Of a DNA stretch of 64,000 bases, positions 28,590 to 46,815 are shown one piece after another. The DNA comes from the human T2T-CHM13v2.0 reference genome, Homo sapiens. The stretch is from NCBI RefSeq assembly GCF_009914755.1, contig NC_060926.1, one strand, 5' to 3'. The notes under the pieces were generated by a model, which saw nothing but the letters and a program-made list of their open reading frames with translations, had not been told where the DNA came from and searched no databases. Made by a program: the position numbers and the translations under genes. Each line of letters starts with the position of its first letter. Within the stretch, counting starts at the first letter, position 1.

Positions 28590-30053
28590 TGCTGCTCCAT
28601 CTTTAAAATTGTCTTACCCACACGTACTTACATTTTTTGTTTTTTAAAGCAGCTTGTTTCATTGAGACTTACCAAAACATTCAACTTAATTTTCATAGGA
28701 AAAAGTCCTCTTATTTAAATTCTTATTTAGTCAGTGTGTATAATGTTTAATCAAATGATGTCATTATAGTTACTATTATTAAAACTCCCATTTCATCGAT
28801 TTGTGTGATATTTAAGTGATGTGATAATAGTTAGAAGGAAGCGTATGGAAGAAAGTGTGGCAACAACACTGCTGACACTGGAGGACAGAATTCTGGTCTC
28901 TGCAAACGGCATGAGTGCGCCCCATGAGTGCGCCCCATCACCAGCAGGTGGGCTTGGCAGGTGTGCCCCGGCTCATCTGGAGAGTCAGGTCAGGGGTGGC
29001 TGGTCAGGATAGCTGTTACCACATGGAATGTGCATTCCTAAATCCAAATGCTTGCCTCACCCCAGTGCTGAGCCTGGCCAGCTGAGAGGCTGGAGACCCC
29101 GTGTATTCATGGCTGGGGCTGGCTCCTGGCAGAGCCTCCCGGCGGGTTGGCATTCTGTTCAGCTTTCCCCTGCTGTCGCACAACCTTTTTATTGACCCCT
29201 CCCTTCCTGTGTTGGCCAGGAGCCCACTGGCTTCACCAGACCCTGACTGTTAGCTGGTCAGGGAGGCAGGGCCTGGGTGCCTTGGGGCCTGTCCTATCTG
29301 AGGTCCACAGCCTGCAGGGACATCACCTAAAAGTTGTCATCAGCTTCATTAGCAGCACTCAGGCCCAGCTGGGCATTCAGCTGTGACTGCATTCTGGCAC
29401 CTGAAGCATCTGGGCCTGGACGGACTCTTTCAGGTTGTTTGGATAATCATCCTAAAAACGCCTCTGAGATCCACCCCCACTCCTGCCATCAGGCATTAAA
29501 ATCTTCCGAACAGAAAAGCTGAAAATGTTCCCTTACCTTAAGGGAAAGGCCTCAATGGATTGATTTAATTGTATGTGTGAAGCATTTTTTCTTCTTTGCT
29601 AAATGCATAAACTGTATAACGAAATGTAATTAGTGAAGGTGCATTATCTGATAAAGTAAATCTCAGCCACTGGGAAGAGCCCTTTTTGGCAGTGTAGTTT
29701 CTCTTTTAATAGCTGTGATCAGATTATACCTTTAAATCTCTTTAAACACTTCCCACCACTGAAGTCTTTGGTTTCCTTGATTTGATAGTTTTTACCAGGC
29801 TGTTCAAAAAGTCAAGCAGTGTTCTTTTAGGTCCTTTTTGGTTCTGTGCGACGGTTAATGAATAGTCATGTGCATTTGACCCCTAAAAGGAAGGTCTTTT
29901 GCTTTTTAAAGAGACTGTATTAAGAGGAATAATGGACCAAGTACACCAGGAGGGAATGAACGAGAAAAATAAAAGAAAGAAAATCACACAAGACCAAATA
30001 ACTAATTTTGAATATTTTCTGAGACCTTTGGTTTAGAATCTAAACTTTGTTGA

Positions 30054-30476
<423 letters not shown>

Positions 30477-32304
30477 TTACATGTCATGTTTGTTGATTAT
30501 TTGTATATGTTTTAATGTGTATTAAAAAGACACCAAAGGTGTGAGTTCATAAATATTAATACTTAGGATAAACTTAAGATTTGAAAGAATTTAAAGTTGA
30601 AGAGAGTTGAAGTAGGTGATAGTTTAGGTGGTCTTTGAATGTGGCAGAAGCCACAAAGGTGGTGCATGAAGTTTGGGAAAAGCTGAGCCGAGGAAACTGG
30701 AAGGCTTTCTCCTTTAAGGACCAGTGTGATTCTAGGCTGTTGAATGATATCTTCAGATACCCGTTTGTCCTGTTGCTCTGCCTCCTCCGTGAGCTGTGCT
30801 CACGGGTGGCCAGGTGTTTGACACTAGTATCCAGAGACAAACTCAGACATGCGCCCTGGGCTCTACTCCTGGAACCTGGGAGAAAGGGCTGCCGTAGGGA
30901 AAGGTGTGAACGCACAGGTTTGCATGCCTAAAATTATAACACTTTTTTATTGCAAAGGTTCTTTTCAGCTTTTTTCTTTTCAAGTAAATGGAGATGTGTC
31001 TTTCTTCTGTTTCTGTTGTCCTTTTTCTTTCCGTAAAATAACCACCTCTTTACTGAGATTGGGGAGGGAAGTCTGTCTCCATTGAATTGTCTGCTGTCGA
31101 CATCAGATAAGACATTCCCTTCTGTTCTGTTTTCAAAAGAAGATGATGTGAAAAAAAAGTGGCATTTTTATGAGACGTGTTGTCCCCTCACATAACTTCT
31201 TGGATACCTTTCCCTTGTCCTAGGGACCTAAGCCTCTCTGGGTGTCACTGTCCGTGCACAGCCTGTGATAAGCTGCTGTGTGGCAGAGACCAACTGTGGG
31301 TGATTTGTCGCTCCCCAGAGCCCGGTTGCAACAGGAGGAGCCACCAGGCTGGGAGGGCACCAGGCAGGAGGCTGGGTCCATACCTGGCGCAACCCTGGGC
31401 CTCAGGTTCCCCAGTGGCAAAGGTAGGATAGGGGCTTTGGTCGCCTCTGTGCTATGAGTCTTTGTCCAGTTTGTCAGTCACCATATTCATTTTACTCTCC
31501 AGTCTTTTCTATAAAAGTGTTTGGGGGCCAGAAGTTGTTAACCTGGTTCACTAGAAGCTAATGCATTGATTATTTTTGTGTGTGTTGTACTCAGCACGTG
31601 CTTCTCAGTGCGCTGTGTCCTCATTTGCTGTTTCCCCTGAAGTTTGACGAGTATGGTATATTCTGGTCACCAGGCAGGTGGTGCTTGGGGAATATCTCCT
31701 CTCCGTGTGCTGGAAGCATTGCCTGATTTTAATGAGGTGACTCACTGCAGCTGGTTTTAAGAACTTTGTTGCAGGTATTGGTTGACTGCAGTGTTCCCAA
31801 GTGGTCGTGCTGTGCCCTAAAGGCTGCTAGAACCTCAGGGGCCGTTGAGGGCAGGTTCGAGTCCCGCAGGCAAGAAGGTGGAACTCTGGAGAGGAGGGGG
31901 ATGCCTTGGCCTGGGCCCCCTCTGAGGGAGGACTGTCGCCCCTGCTGCTGGGAGCATCATTAGCTGCAGCTCCTCATGGAGAGATGCCCAGCGTAAGGGT
32001 ACATCCTGTCAGACCCTCTTCCCGTGACTGTTCTTCCAGGGTGTGAAGGGCAGAAAGGTGGGGCCATCTGGACCCATCATGGGACAATTCTAATGGCCTC
32101 TCCATTGCTCCCTGTTGGGTTGGCGAGATGGCCTCAGGTTTGCCTGGCAGTTCAGCCTCTCTCTGGCCAGTTCTGCTTCTTCCCCTCCTTCCACAGGTAT
32201 CCATCTTCCCTCCATACCCCAAATGCCAAACTCTACCTCTGCATCTTCACCAAGAAAAGCATTTCTGTTGTCCTGAAATATCAGGCCTTCCTGAACCCCC
32301 TTGT

Positions 32305-32612
32305 ACCTCTGTCCAGTGGAAGTAGAATGCCAGCCACATACGTCATTTAAAGTTTTCTACTAGCTACATTAGAAAAAATAAAAGAAACAGATGAAATTAA
32401 TTTTAATAAACTGTTTAATCCAACATATCCAAAATATTATCCTTTCATTGCAATTATCTGGAATTTGTGGACGAGGTTTGCTATAATCCTGTTTGGTACT
32501 GATGCTTTGGGTGGTGCTGTGTAATGTTCATTCATCGCACATTTCAATTCGGCCACATTTTAGTGCTCAGTAGCACCTGTGGCTGGAGCTACTGTATTGG
32601 GCACCACGGCCT
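32305..32612. mobile_element. MER33-like hAT-Charlie
   Basis: CTGTCCAGT...AGCCACATA...AAAGAAACAGATGAAATTAATTTTAATAA...GCTACTGTATTGGGCA. Confidence 0.8.
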
Positions 32613-33609
32613 TAGGGTTTTGATTAAAACCCCATTCTCTTGACCTTCTGCCCAAAGCCTTTGCCAGATGAGACACTGCCTCTCGCTGAATGCCTGCTTG
32701 GAGCAGAGTCCTGTGTTTGTTTGGAAATGATCGGAAGCTCCTGTGTCCCTGGTCGCTTGCTGGAGTCGGTGGGAGCTGAGAGTCCCTTGCTGCCCGGAGC
32801 ATGGCTGTGTGGCTGCCTGACTACATGGTTCTTCCCCCGGTTATTTTTGTTTGGGCAGTTAACTCTGAGCATTCGGAACATTCGCCGAGTGGAACGTGTG
32901 TGTCGTCATCCCCTCGAAGGCTTGGCTGATTGAGCCAGTAAACAAAAAGTGCATTCAACACAGGCTTGTCTGCTGGCCTCCCCCGGGAGAGAGAGTAGGT
33001 TTGCTATTCCTGAAATGTAATCCCTCCTTCAGCGCTGCACAAAAGGCCCATGTCTGCTCGCTGGGACCTGATAGTTCGCCTTTGTACGGATGAAAAAAAC
33101 CAAACACTGAGCCTGGTCTGAGCGGGGCTGTTTGTTGAGGCTCCTGATGCAGAGAAGGGAGCAGTGTCTGCACAGGGGGTCTGGATCGCACCCGACACCA
33201 TCCAGGTGCCTGCGTGTGCTGGTCCCGCCGTCAGGACTTCCCCTCGTGAGGAGCTGGGTACCACTGTTATCCTGCCTGCTGGTCTGAGGGTCCGAGCGTG
33301 ATTGGGGGCAGAGACAAGAGTTCCAGGGCGAGCCTCAGTTCTGGGACCACCATTGACCAGTAGAGCTATAAAGGACTTGGCCACCAAGGTTGGAGCTGAG
33401 CCCCCCATGTCATGAAACTGCCACTGTCAGAGCCAGCCTGAGCTCCACGGTGCCCGTCTCCTACCTGCACTGTGCCCCCACACCTTTGTTGACAAGGACC
33501 TGACCTCTCCTCAAACTACAACCTAAGAACCACAATGCCTGTTCCCCTTACCTGCCCCCAGGTGTCCTGGGAGAAGTCAGTGACATGATTAAGACCTTTA
33601 AAAATGATG

Positions 33610-33712
33610 GTAAGCATGTGCCAGTGTGAATGTACTTAGTGCCACTGAGCTGCACACTTAAAAGTGGGTAGAATGATGCATTTTGTGTGTATTTTGCCAC
33701 AGTTTAAAAAAT
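33610..33712 (+). mobile_element. L1MB 3'-end fragment
   Basis: GTGAATGTACTTAGTGCCACTGAGCTGCACACTTAAAA. Confidence 0.75.
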
Positions 33713-33715
33713 TAC

Positions 33716-34032
<317 letters not shown>

Positions 34033-34654
34033 CTATTTAAATAAACATTTGTGTATAGCCCAATAGTTTTTCACTGTTGAGGGTCAAAATTTTACCTTTG
34101 TCTACCTATCTGCCTGTCCCTCTAGCTGTCAGTCACACAGACGGATATAGATATGTAATTTGAATTACTTCTGTTTCTTTCTCTTTGCTAGTCTAAGTCT
34201 TAGAAGAATTAAGGGTTTTCTTATTACTGGCTAAAGTTAAAAGGTACCCAGTTGAATCATCTTGGAAAGAAAACCAGGAAACCAAATTATCACCATGAAG
34301 CAGCCTTCCCCAGCTTGTGTCACAGTGGAGCGCTCATTTTTGTGGCTGGTTTACTGTCGTAAAACTTTCGTATAAGGGCGCACTGTGTCAGCCCCTGCCC
34401 ACTGAGGGCTTCAGAAATGAAAGGCAGTTCTATTTATGCCCAGCTGGCTTCTGCAGAGCCGGGCTCAGTTTACCAGGCGACACTTTTGCTTTAATCCTTC
34501 CTGGTGTGACGTAACCTTTCACTGTCCTTCCCATGCCCTGAGGTCTCCAGCCTTTTTGTTAAAACAAAACAAACCTTATTTGGGCATGATCAATACAGCT
34601 GTGGGTTGCAATCCCAGGGGGCGACTTGGCTCTTTTGTTGTTGTCGTTAAAAAA

Positions 34655-35545
<891 letters not shown>

Positions 35546-36262
35546 CATCATTAGTGGTGAGAATGAAGACGTGCCGGCCGCTTACATTTTGTCGGGTTGA
35601 TTTCTTCATTTTCTTGCATCTCCTTCACAGTGGCAGTGCTGGCTTTTCCCTCGGTGCTTGTTGGAGGCAGTGGGGGAGGGAGGGTTGGGGAGGGTGCGCT
35701 TTCTACTCCACCATTCTAGTGTCTTCTAGAGGTAGAGTCGAGTGTATCTGAGAGTGCTTCTCTCTTAGAATAAATGACATTAACATATGAAAAAACAGCT
35801 ACTTGTGCCTGACTATGGGCATTTTCATGTACAGGAGTTCTTGAAGCTGAGTTTATTGAGAATGGTTTTGTTACCTGCTGATAGCTATCTTTTTGTGTTT
35901 AGTTCTTTTTGACTTCTTTGGCCTCTAATGTTTTGACAGTGGCACTTAGATGACAGTCAGCAATTGCAACAGTGAATGAAATCACACAGCTTGAGTTCAA
36001 GGTGGAAAGAGAAAAAAATCTAGAGAGGATGTTATCTGACCTGGCATGAGAGGTGATCATCCTGTCTCTGAGCAGTGGGTTCTTGCTCTCGACCTTAGGG
36101 TGTAATGTGGCCCTGCTCCTTGTATGGTGAATAACTTGTGACTGCTGTGTTTACCACATGGCTTGACAGTTTACAAAGCACTTTTGTGTATATTATTGCA
36201 CACTCTGATCCTTACAGTAATCCCGTGAGGTGTGGAGTGGAGGCTTTTTAAGAAACAGAGAC

Positions 36263-36534
<272 letters not shown>

Positions 36535-36737
36535 GATGGAGGGTGAAAGAGATGGAGACTTGGAGGTTGCACACTGTTCAGTGGAGGTGCAGGACTTCCA
36601 GCTTGGTCTTTGTCCCCAGCTTTTTAAGAATTCGATCATGAAGAAGATTGTTTATATTGTTCTTTTTTTTTTTTTTTAATGGATTGAGTGTGAAACTGGT
36701 GGAAATATATTCCAGGAGGCCATTTAAAAAGAAAATA

Positions 36738-37040
36738 GGCTGGGTACAGTGGCTCATGCCTGTAATCCCACACTTTGGGAGGCCAAAGCAGGCAGATTGC
36801 CTGAACTCAGGAGTTCAAGACCAGCCTGGGCAACGTGGTGAAATTCCGTCTCTGCTAAAATACAAAAAATTAGCCGGGTGTAGTGGTGCATGCCTGTAAT
36901 CCCAGCTACTCAAGAGGCTGAGGCAGAGAATTGCTTGAACCCGGAAAGTGGAGGTTGCAGTGAGCCGAGATCGTGCTACTGCACTCCAGCCTGGGCAACA
37001 GAGCGAGATTCCATCTTCAAAAAAAAAGAAAGAAAGAAAA
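36738..37040 (+). mobile_element. AluS
   Basis: Sense dimer; TSD AAGAAAATA. Confidence 0.93.
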
Positions 37041-38406
37041 TAACAAGGTTACCATGGAGATCCTGCAGTCACGGGGACATTCTCAAACATCACAATGATT
37101 GGTGTCAAAAATTGAAACCTGGAAGAAGAAAACTGGACTATGATTGTTGAATTAGCACCCGGGGAGGTTTTATTATTCTGTGTTCACCCCAGGAAATTCT
37201 TAAGGCCTGAGTGTTGATGTCCTTCAGCAACCCAACATATTAACGCAGTCTTTAGGAGACATGAAATGTTCCTTCCATCCAGGGAAGACGTGATTGCAGC
37301 AGGCAGGAGTTGATAGTGATGCTATGGGGCTGTCTGCTCTATACGAGGAGCAGAGACCCCTGGATCCTAGTGGTGGCCCCTGGTCACCAGATGTGAGCCC
37401 TGGAGCGCATGATTGTGGTTTTGACCCATTCTTGCCCCAGCTTGAGCCTGACCTTTGGCAGGTCCAGGAGTGTGCTGAGTCTTTCTACCCCGCTGCGTGG
37501 TGCTGCCTGCCGAGGTGGTGTGGCTCTTTGTGCTGGCACTTAGGGTGTCACTAAAGCCCAAGACCAGGATTGCTTGTCCTTTGCAGTGTGCTGGACAGGA
37601 GCCACACAGTGTAGAAGCGACTTGCCCTAAATGCCTCATTGAGAAGCATGGGTGTCCCCTTAGACATCATGGGAGCTCATTGCATTGATGAAGCCCTCTT
37701 GAGTCAGATCGTGGGGTTGGTTGGTCATGCGTGTAATTATGTGTTGAGGTTTGGTGCCTTGAGATTAAAGGGATGCCACATTTTGAGCTTCTCAGATATA
37801 AAAGAAGGATTCTTTGGGGGAGGACCTATAAATATTTCTTAAAAGTGTTTTACAACAAAAGCACGGAGTGTACTTCAGAAGGAAGGATTTAGCTGCTGGA
37901 GTGATGGCCGAAGGAGCCTGGGAGAAGTCAGAGAGAGGGGGCTCGTGGTCCTTCTTGGGCTCTCATTGCTGTTAGCAGGAGTTGGCACTTGAGTCCCACG
38001 TCCTAGCCTCCCGGGATCACAGCCTTATGCTGCATTTCCTAAAGTGCTTTCTAGCACTGACCGACTCCAGGAGGCAGCACTGGCAAGGATTTTGGTGAGC
38101 CTTTGATGGAGTGTGTTCCGGAATCGGGAGGAAGCTTGTAAGGCTGCTTTCCACTCATTTTATGTTGTTGGGATTTGGCTCGGAACCTGCCAAGGACCCC
38201 TGTGTGTTAAAGTTGAAATAGTTCCCTAGTAAACTGGCCACTTTCAGACCAGCTGCATTTTCTAGAATAAACCTCATTTGTCCTTGACTCATAAAGGGAA
38301 AAGCCAGAAGCCAGGGGCTCTGGGGCACCTCCAAGTGGGCCAGGGTCAGGTGTGGGTCCTCTGCCTGGGTTTTAATGTAAACTCAGGGTTTTAATGTAAG
38401 AACCTG

Positions 38407-39218
<812 letters not shown>

Positions 39219-39563
39219 CAGGGCCTGTTTTTAATTGTTGAATTGCCCACATTGCATTATCAGGATTGAAAACATAGTAGTGGCACAGCCTCCTGGAGAG
39301 TGCAGATGTAGCTCATGGTACGCTTGGGGTTTCTGCAGAGCATGACATGAGGCTGTCTTCCAGCCTTGCCTCACTAAGAACTTGAAGCATGACCCTCAAT
39401 AAGCCACTTTTTTTTTTTTTTTTTTGCATGGAAATCTGTGAAGAAAGAAGGCCTTGGGAAAGCCTGTGTCCTGGCCTGTCATTGAACGTAATAATTACAT
39501 TAACAAGTGAATGATTTAAGTTCTGCACTCTTTGTTCTTATAGGAACAAGGTTAAGGGACGAC

Positions 39564-39965
39564 TGTGTTGTGGGTTGAAATGTGTCCCCCAAAATAGTAT
39601 GTTCAAGTCCTAACCTTGGTAGCTGTGTGTGTGGCCATACTTGGAGATGGTCTTTGGCTGATGTAATTAGTTAAGATGAGGTCATACTAGATTGGAGTGG
39701 GTCCTGATCCAGTGATCGGTGTTCATCTGAGAAGAGGGAGGTTGTGACAGCAACACGCAGGAAGGGCCATGTCACGATGGAGGCAAAGGTCGGAGCAAGC
39801 TGTGCTAGGAAGAGGCAAGGAGGGATCCCCTCCCCCAGCCTTCATAAGGAGCACGGCCCTGCAGACACCTTGATTTTTGAACTTCTGGCTTCCAGAACTG
39901 CGAGGGAATACATTTCTGCTGTTTGAGCCACCTGGTTTGTGGTACTTGATTACAGCAGTGCTAAC
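39564..39965 (+). mobile_element. MLT1B/C-like MaLR LTR
   Basis: TGGGTTGAAATGTGTCCCCCAAAA...GATGTAATTAGTTAAGATGAGGTCATAC...CTTCCAGAACTG. Confidence 0.87.
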
Positions 39966-40118
39966 CTCCCCACAGTTACCCACAACCTCTGAGTACCTGT
40001 TTGCCGCTCACTCCTCCCTCTCCCATTGCCACGTGGTCTCTGCTTTTATTCGTTTTCTCAGCGGAAACTTGGAGGCCATTGGCTATTGTGTATCGTGTAT
40101 CGTGGCTAAGTCATTACC

Positions 40119-40149
<31 letters not shown>

Positions 40150-40326
40150 AAACCCAAAACCAAAAAACTCCTTTTAGGCGTCACCCCCCTACCCACTTAG
40201 GTACAGTGCTGCTGCTGCTGCCCCCGGCTTCTTGAAACCTTCTTTCTGACTCTCTGAGAGAGACTCTTGTGGATATCTTGTAGCTCTGGCCTTTTTCTTT
40301 AGCTCTGGTCTTTCCCTCTCTTGGCT

Positions 40327-40772
40327 GTGGATTCATTTCTTATCGCTGTTGTAACAAATTACCACACACTAAGTGGCTTAAAACAGCATAGATTTATTAC
40401 AGTTCGGAAGCTCAGAAGCTCCAAATGGGTCTTACGGGCCTAAAATCAAAGGCTGTGCTCCTTTTGGAGGCTGTGGGGTAGACTCGATTTCCTTGCTTTT
40501 TCCAGCCTCAATGGCTGCTGCATTCCTGGCCTTAGCTCTGTATCCCTCTGGCCTCTGCCGTGGTAGCTGCGTGGCCTGCTCTGACCCTGACCTCCTGGAA
40601 GGACCCTGTGATTACATTGGACCCACCTGTGTAATCCAGAATCCTTGCAAAACCCCCATCTCAAAATCTTTCACCTCTTCACATGCACACAGTGGCTTTG
40701 CCCCGTGGAGCCACATGCTCTCAGGTTCCAGGAATGGGTCTGTGGGCATCTCTGGGGGCCACTGTTCAGCCT
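40327..40772 (-). mobile_element. MLT1D-like MaLR LTR
   Basis: GCTGTTGTAACAAATTACCACAC...GGACCCTGTGATTACATTGGACCCACC. Confidence 0.82.
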
Positions 40773-42688
40773 GAATGTGTTCTGAGGCTTAGTATTTTGT
40801 CTCTTTGAGTTCTACATTCATTTTGATCCTTACATCATCATCTGCAGGGGATAGGTGATTCTCAATCTAGGTTTGGGAAGAGGAACTTAAGGCTCCACAG
40901 AAATTTGAGTCCATTTTTACTTAAATGTACTTTTTACCTTTAGAAAAACTTGTAGGTAAAAACCAACAGGTGCATTCAAACCAATCACACGCCAACTTTT
41001 ACCACCCACCACCGTCTTACCTTCTGCTGCTGTGTTGGCTCATTATTTTGCGCGGACCCGAAATGAAGGCTGTCTCGTCCTTTCTGTTTAATTGGAGCGC
41101 CTGGAGAGCACAGGTGAGTTGTTAAAAACCCGGTGAATCCTGCATGGATTTGCAAACCAAACTACATGGAGAAATCAGTTAAATTCTCAGGTTTCAGGGT
41201 TGCAGCTGCCACTGAGAAGTGTATTTAGGCAGGTTCTGGCAACAGACTTGGTGTTGGGCTTGAGTGGGAAGGGGATTTAGGAGCTTCATGAGCGAGTCAA
41301 ATGCAGGTTGGGGAAGTGGCTGAAAAAAATGCCTCCTGGAAAAAGCAGTAAATGTAAGGATTTAGGTCGGCCATTGTCTCCGTGTAAGTCAACACTACCT
41401 TGTGTGTGTGCGCATACACACAAAGAGGGTGAGCCCTCAGCCCGCCATATGGGCATGTTATCCAGAAGAGAGGAGAGAGAAGCCCGCTGCACTCTCCACT
41501 GACCAGACCACCCACTTTGCCCTCTGCACGCTCACTCCACGAAGGATGCAGGTGGGCACACTGCTACAACCCCCTGGGTGTGTGTGGAGTTGGGAAAGAG
41601 ACGGATGTTGAGCCTGAAGAGGCTGTGACCTCCCCAAATACTCGGACTCCCCTGTGGAAGGCAAGGTGGAGGCAGCTGTTATGTGGTGTGTTGGATTCAC
41701 AGCAGTCAAGGCTGCCACGAGCAAGTATTTTGAGTGCTCCTTATGTCCATGCAGAGGCTGACTCCAGAGGATGCTGTGCACAGGCCTGTGTGACCTGAAG
41801 GCCCTTGCAGGCTGAGGTCTCTTGGTGATAATCCACACACTGTCCTGAGCCTTGGTTTTGCAGCATTTCCAACTTGGGTTGTCAGAGTGAGACTGTGCAG
41901 GACTGCCCCGTACAGTACGGCTTCTATGTGTGAACAACACAGACCACTAAGAGATGTGACAAAGCTGTTCCATCAGAGGAAACATAGTCTGGGGGACAAA
42001 TCCTCCCATTCCTGATAGGACAGGAGGGAGCGGTTGGCTGGGGAAGACCTGAGTGAGGGAGCTTTCTTGAGGACGGGTTTTGTCGGAGTGTAGTTCATAT
42101 ACCATGCACAGCCTGTCAGCATACAGCTTGAATGAACTCACGTGTGTAACCAGATCAAGAGGCAGAATATTACTAGGGTGGCAGTTTTGAGTCCCATGAA
42201 AACAAACACATTTACTCTGTCTAGCTCCATCTCTAGTTAATTCTAGTGCAGTTTAAATGCTCACAAAATCCTTATTTGAATGGATGAGTCAGTGGTTTGA
42301 ATTGAATAGTTTTTGAGCCATTTGTATGGAGAAGGTATTACCCAAACAGAAACATGGTGGTGATAATAGACTCACGTTGATTTCACTTGTTAACTGAGCA
42401 AACACCTCTTGTCTCCTCATTCTGTGCAGAGCATTCTGGGTGGAAAAGTCGGACCAAGTTTCTGAGGGGAGGACGGAGGAGTCCTGTCTTTTAAGCAGAT
42501 GGAGCTGCAAACAGCCAGAGAGTGACAGAGATTGAGAGGCAGCAGCTGTCTTTTCAGTTGCGCATCCTCCTTGTAGTAACCATAGGTGGGAGGCTGGGAT
42601 TCCGAGCTCAGGGCAGCGGGATGCTCACCATGTGCTGGGTGCTGTTTGAAGGACCGGAAATGCATCATTTTGTTTAAGTCTCCCAACA

Positions 42689-42987
42689 GGCCGGGTGCGG
42701 TGGCTCATGCCTGTAATTCCAGAACTTTGGGAGGCTGAGGTGGGCGGATCACTTGAGGTCAGGAGTTTGCAACTAGCCTGGCCAACATGGTGAAACCCCA
42801 TCTCTACTGAAAATACTTAAAAAATTAGCCGGGCATTGTGGCAGGCACCTGTAATCCCAGCTACTCTGGAGGCTGAGGCAGGAGAATTGCTTGAACACTG
42901 GAGGTGGAGGTTGCAGTGAGCTGAGATAGCCCCATTTCACTCCAGTCTGGGCAACAAGAGCAAAACTCCGCCTTAAAAAAAAAAAAA
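42689..42987 (+). mobile_element. AluSp/Sq-like inserted in a MIR
   Basis: GGCCGGGTGCGGTGGCTCA...GGGCAACAAGAGC...poly-A. Confidence 0.94.
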
Positions 42988-43138
42988 GTCACAACAACCT
43001 GTTTCACTTAAGTACGGGCTTAAGAGGCCAGTGTGAGGGTCAGGAGCTAACACTCAGCCCCACAGGGGTCTCCAGGTCCTGCTGCTCCTTCCACTCCTGC
43101 CCGGTCCCTGCAGCTTCCCATGAACGGAAGGGAAGTCA

Positions 43139-43498
<360 letters not shown>

Positions 43499-44404
43499 TT
43501 AAATGAAAATTGTTACAGGGAAGTTAGTTCTCAGGATCCATTGGGGATAAAATACCAGAACAAAGGGAAGGCTAGGGTTTCTTCTCCTCCACTTCTCTAC
43601 ACTCAACCACCCTTCCCATTTCTTTAATGCCAACGCACCGTCACCTTCCTCACCCTTGATGCTGAGACATTCGAGATCCCTTAGAACCCAGGACTCCCGG
43701 TGGCTGCTACACCCTGGTCATATCTGGCCTCTCACACTTAACCCCTCCAAATAGTAAAATCTGGATAAAAAAAAATTGGGTTTTCAAAGAGCTGTTAACA
43801 GTCTTCTGTAGCTGAGTTTTTAAGAAATTATACCATATTCATTTTGACTCCTAATTCCTTTTTGGAAAAATTTCTGAATTTTGTTAAATTCACGGAGTAA
43901 CACAAATGGTTATCTTTCTGTTCCTTTAAAATCTATCTTTGATTTGGAGATTACTAGGGTAAATTATAGATCAAGAATATCATACATGTCATTATTCACT
44001 GAAATTTGCAGTCAGCTCTGTAGACACCATTCTGCCTCCTTTACCCAGCACGTTGGGGATTGTGATTACTGACGAGACCTTTAAAGAATCTTCCGGCTGG
44101 GAAAGGTCCCGAGTGGCCTGCTTTCCTGGCTTATTTGAGAATTTTGCCTGGCCCCTAGGTTTCTCAGCAGTCTGTATTTCCCACTGTTCGTTGTGCTCGT
44201 GCTGAGTTGTTTTCCTATCGAAATACAACTGTGTTTTATTGACCTTGAATAGCTCTGCCAGATTTCACAGGTGCTCCTTGCTCTGGGAGGCCCTGAAATG
44301 CCCTTTCTGGTCCCTCTTGGGTTCAGCGCTCAGGGCCTCTGGAAGGTTTCAGGAGCCCCGATGCTGGTAGAAAAGGAGATTTTGAGAACTACCAGTTAAT
44401 AGCT

Positions 44405-44732
<328 letters not shown>

Positions 44733-45039
44733 TAATGGCTTATTTCTGAATTTCCCATCCAACCGAACTTTTCAAGTGTAACTCCTGGTTCTTCATGGGC
44801 AGGAGGACCATGTCCGCTCTAGGTGGCTTGTCCTCTTTGGGAAGGCTCTCTTTGCATTTTAAAATTATTCTGGATGACAGAATGAAACCCTGTCTCAAAA
44901 AAATATAGATAGATAGATAGATAGAGATATAGAATGGAGATAATTGGAGGAAGCAGTGGTCATTTTAGTGTTTGTGTAGCCAGGAGAGCACGGCCAGGAC
45001 TCACTCTGAGTTGGGGTAGCCAGAATTCAGAGCATCTAG

Positions 45040-45453
<414 letters not shown>

Positions 45454-45681
45454 TAAAAGCTCCAGCTTCAAAAAGTAGTTTTTAGTCTTTCTTAAAATAC
45501 AGATGTAAGCACCCATCAGCTCTCTGCCCAAAGATAAATATTCTTAACCTTTAGGTGCCTATCCTTTTATGCCAGATGCCAAGTTGACCAGGGAGTGTCT
45601 GCACAGATTCCCGGTGTCTGCACCTCCTAGGGATATGGAAGGAGGCCTGAGCTCCGCGAGGCTGGATGTTGAAGCTGTTGA

Positions 45682-46696
<1,015 letters not shown>

Positions 46697-46815
46697 TAAT
46701 CCCTCCTTCTCTTGGTGTGATGTTGACTCCACAGAGGCAAATGTGCCCCAGGCTGCAGTCAACTGTTTGACCTCGAGTTTGGGATAAGCATACGGCCTCT
46801 TCAGCCTGATGTCAC

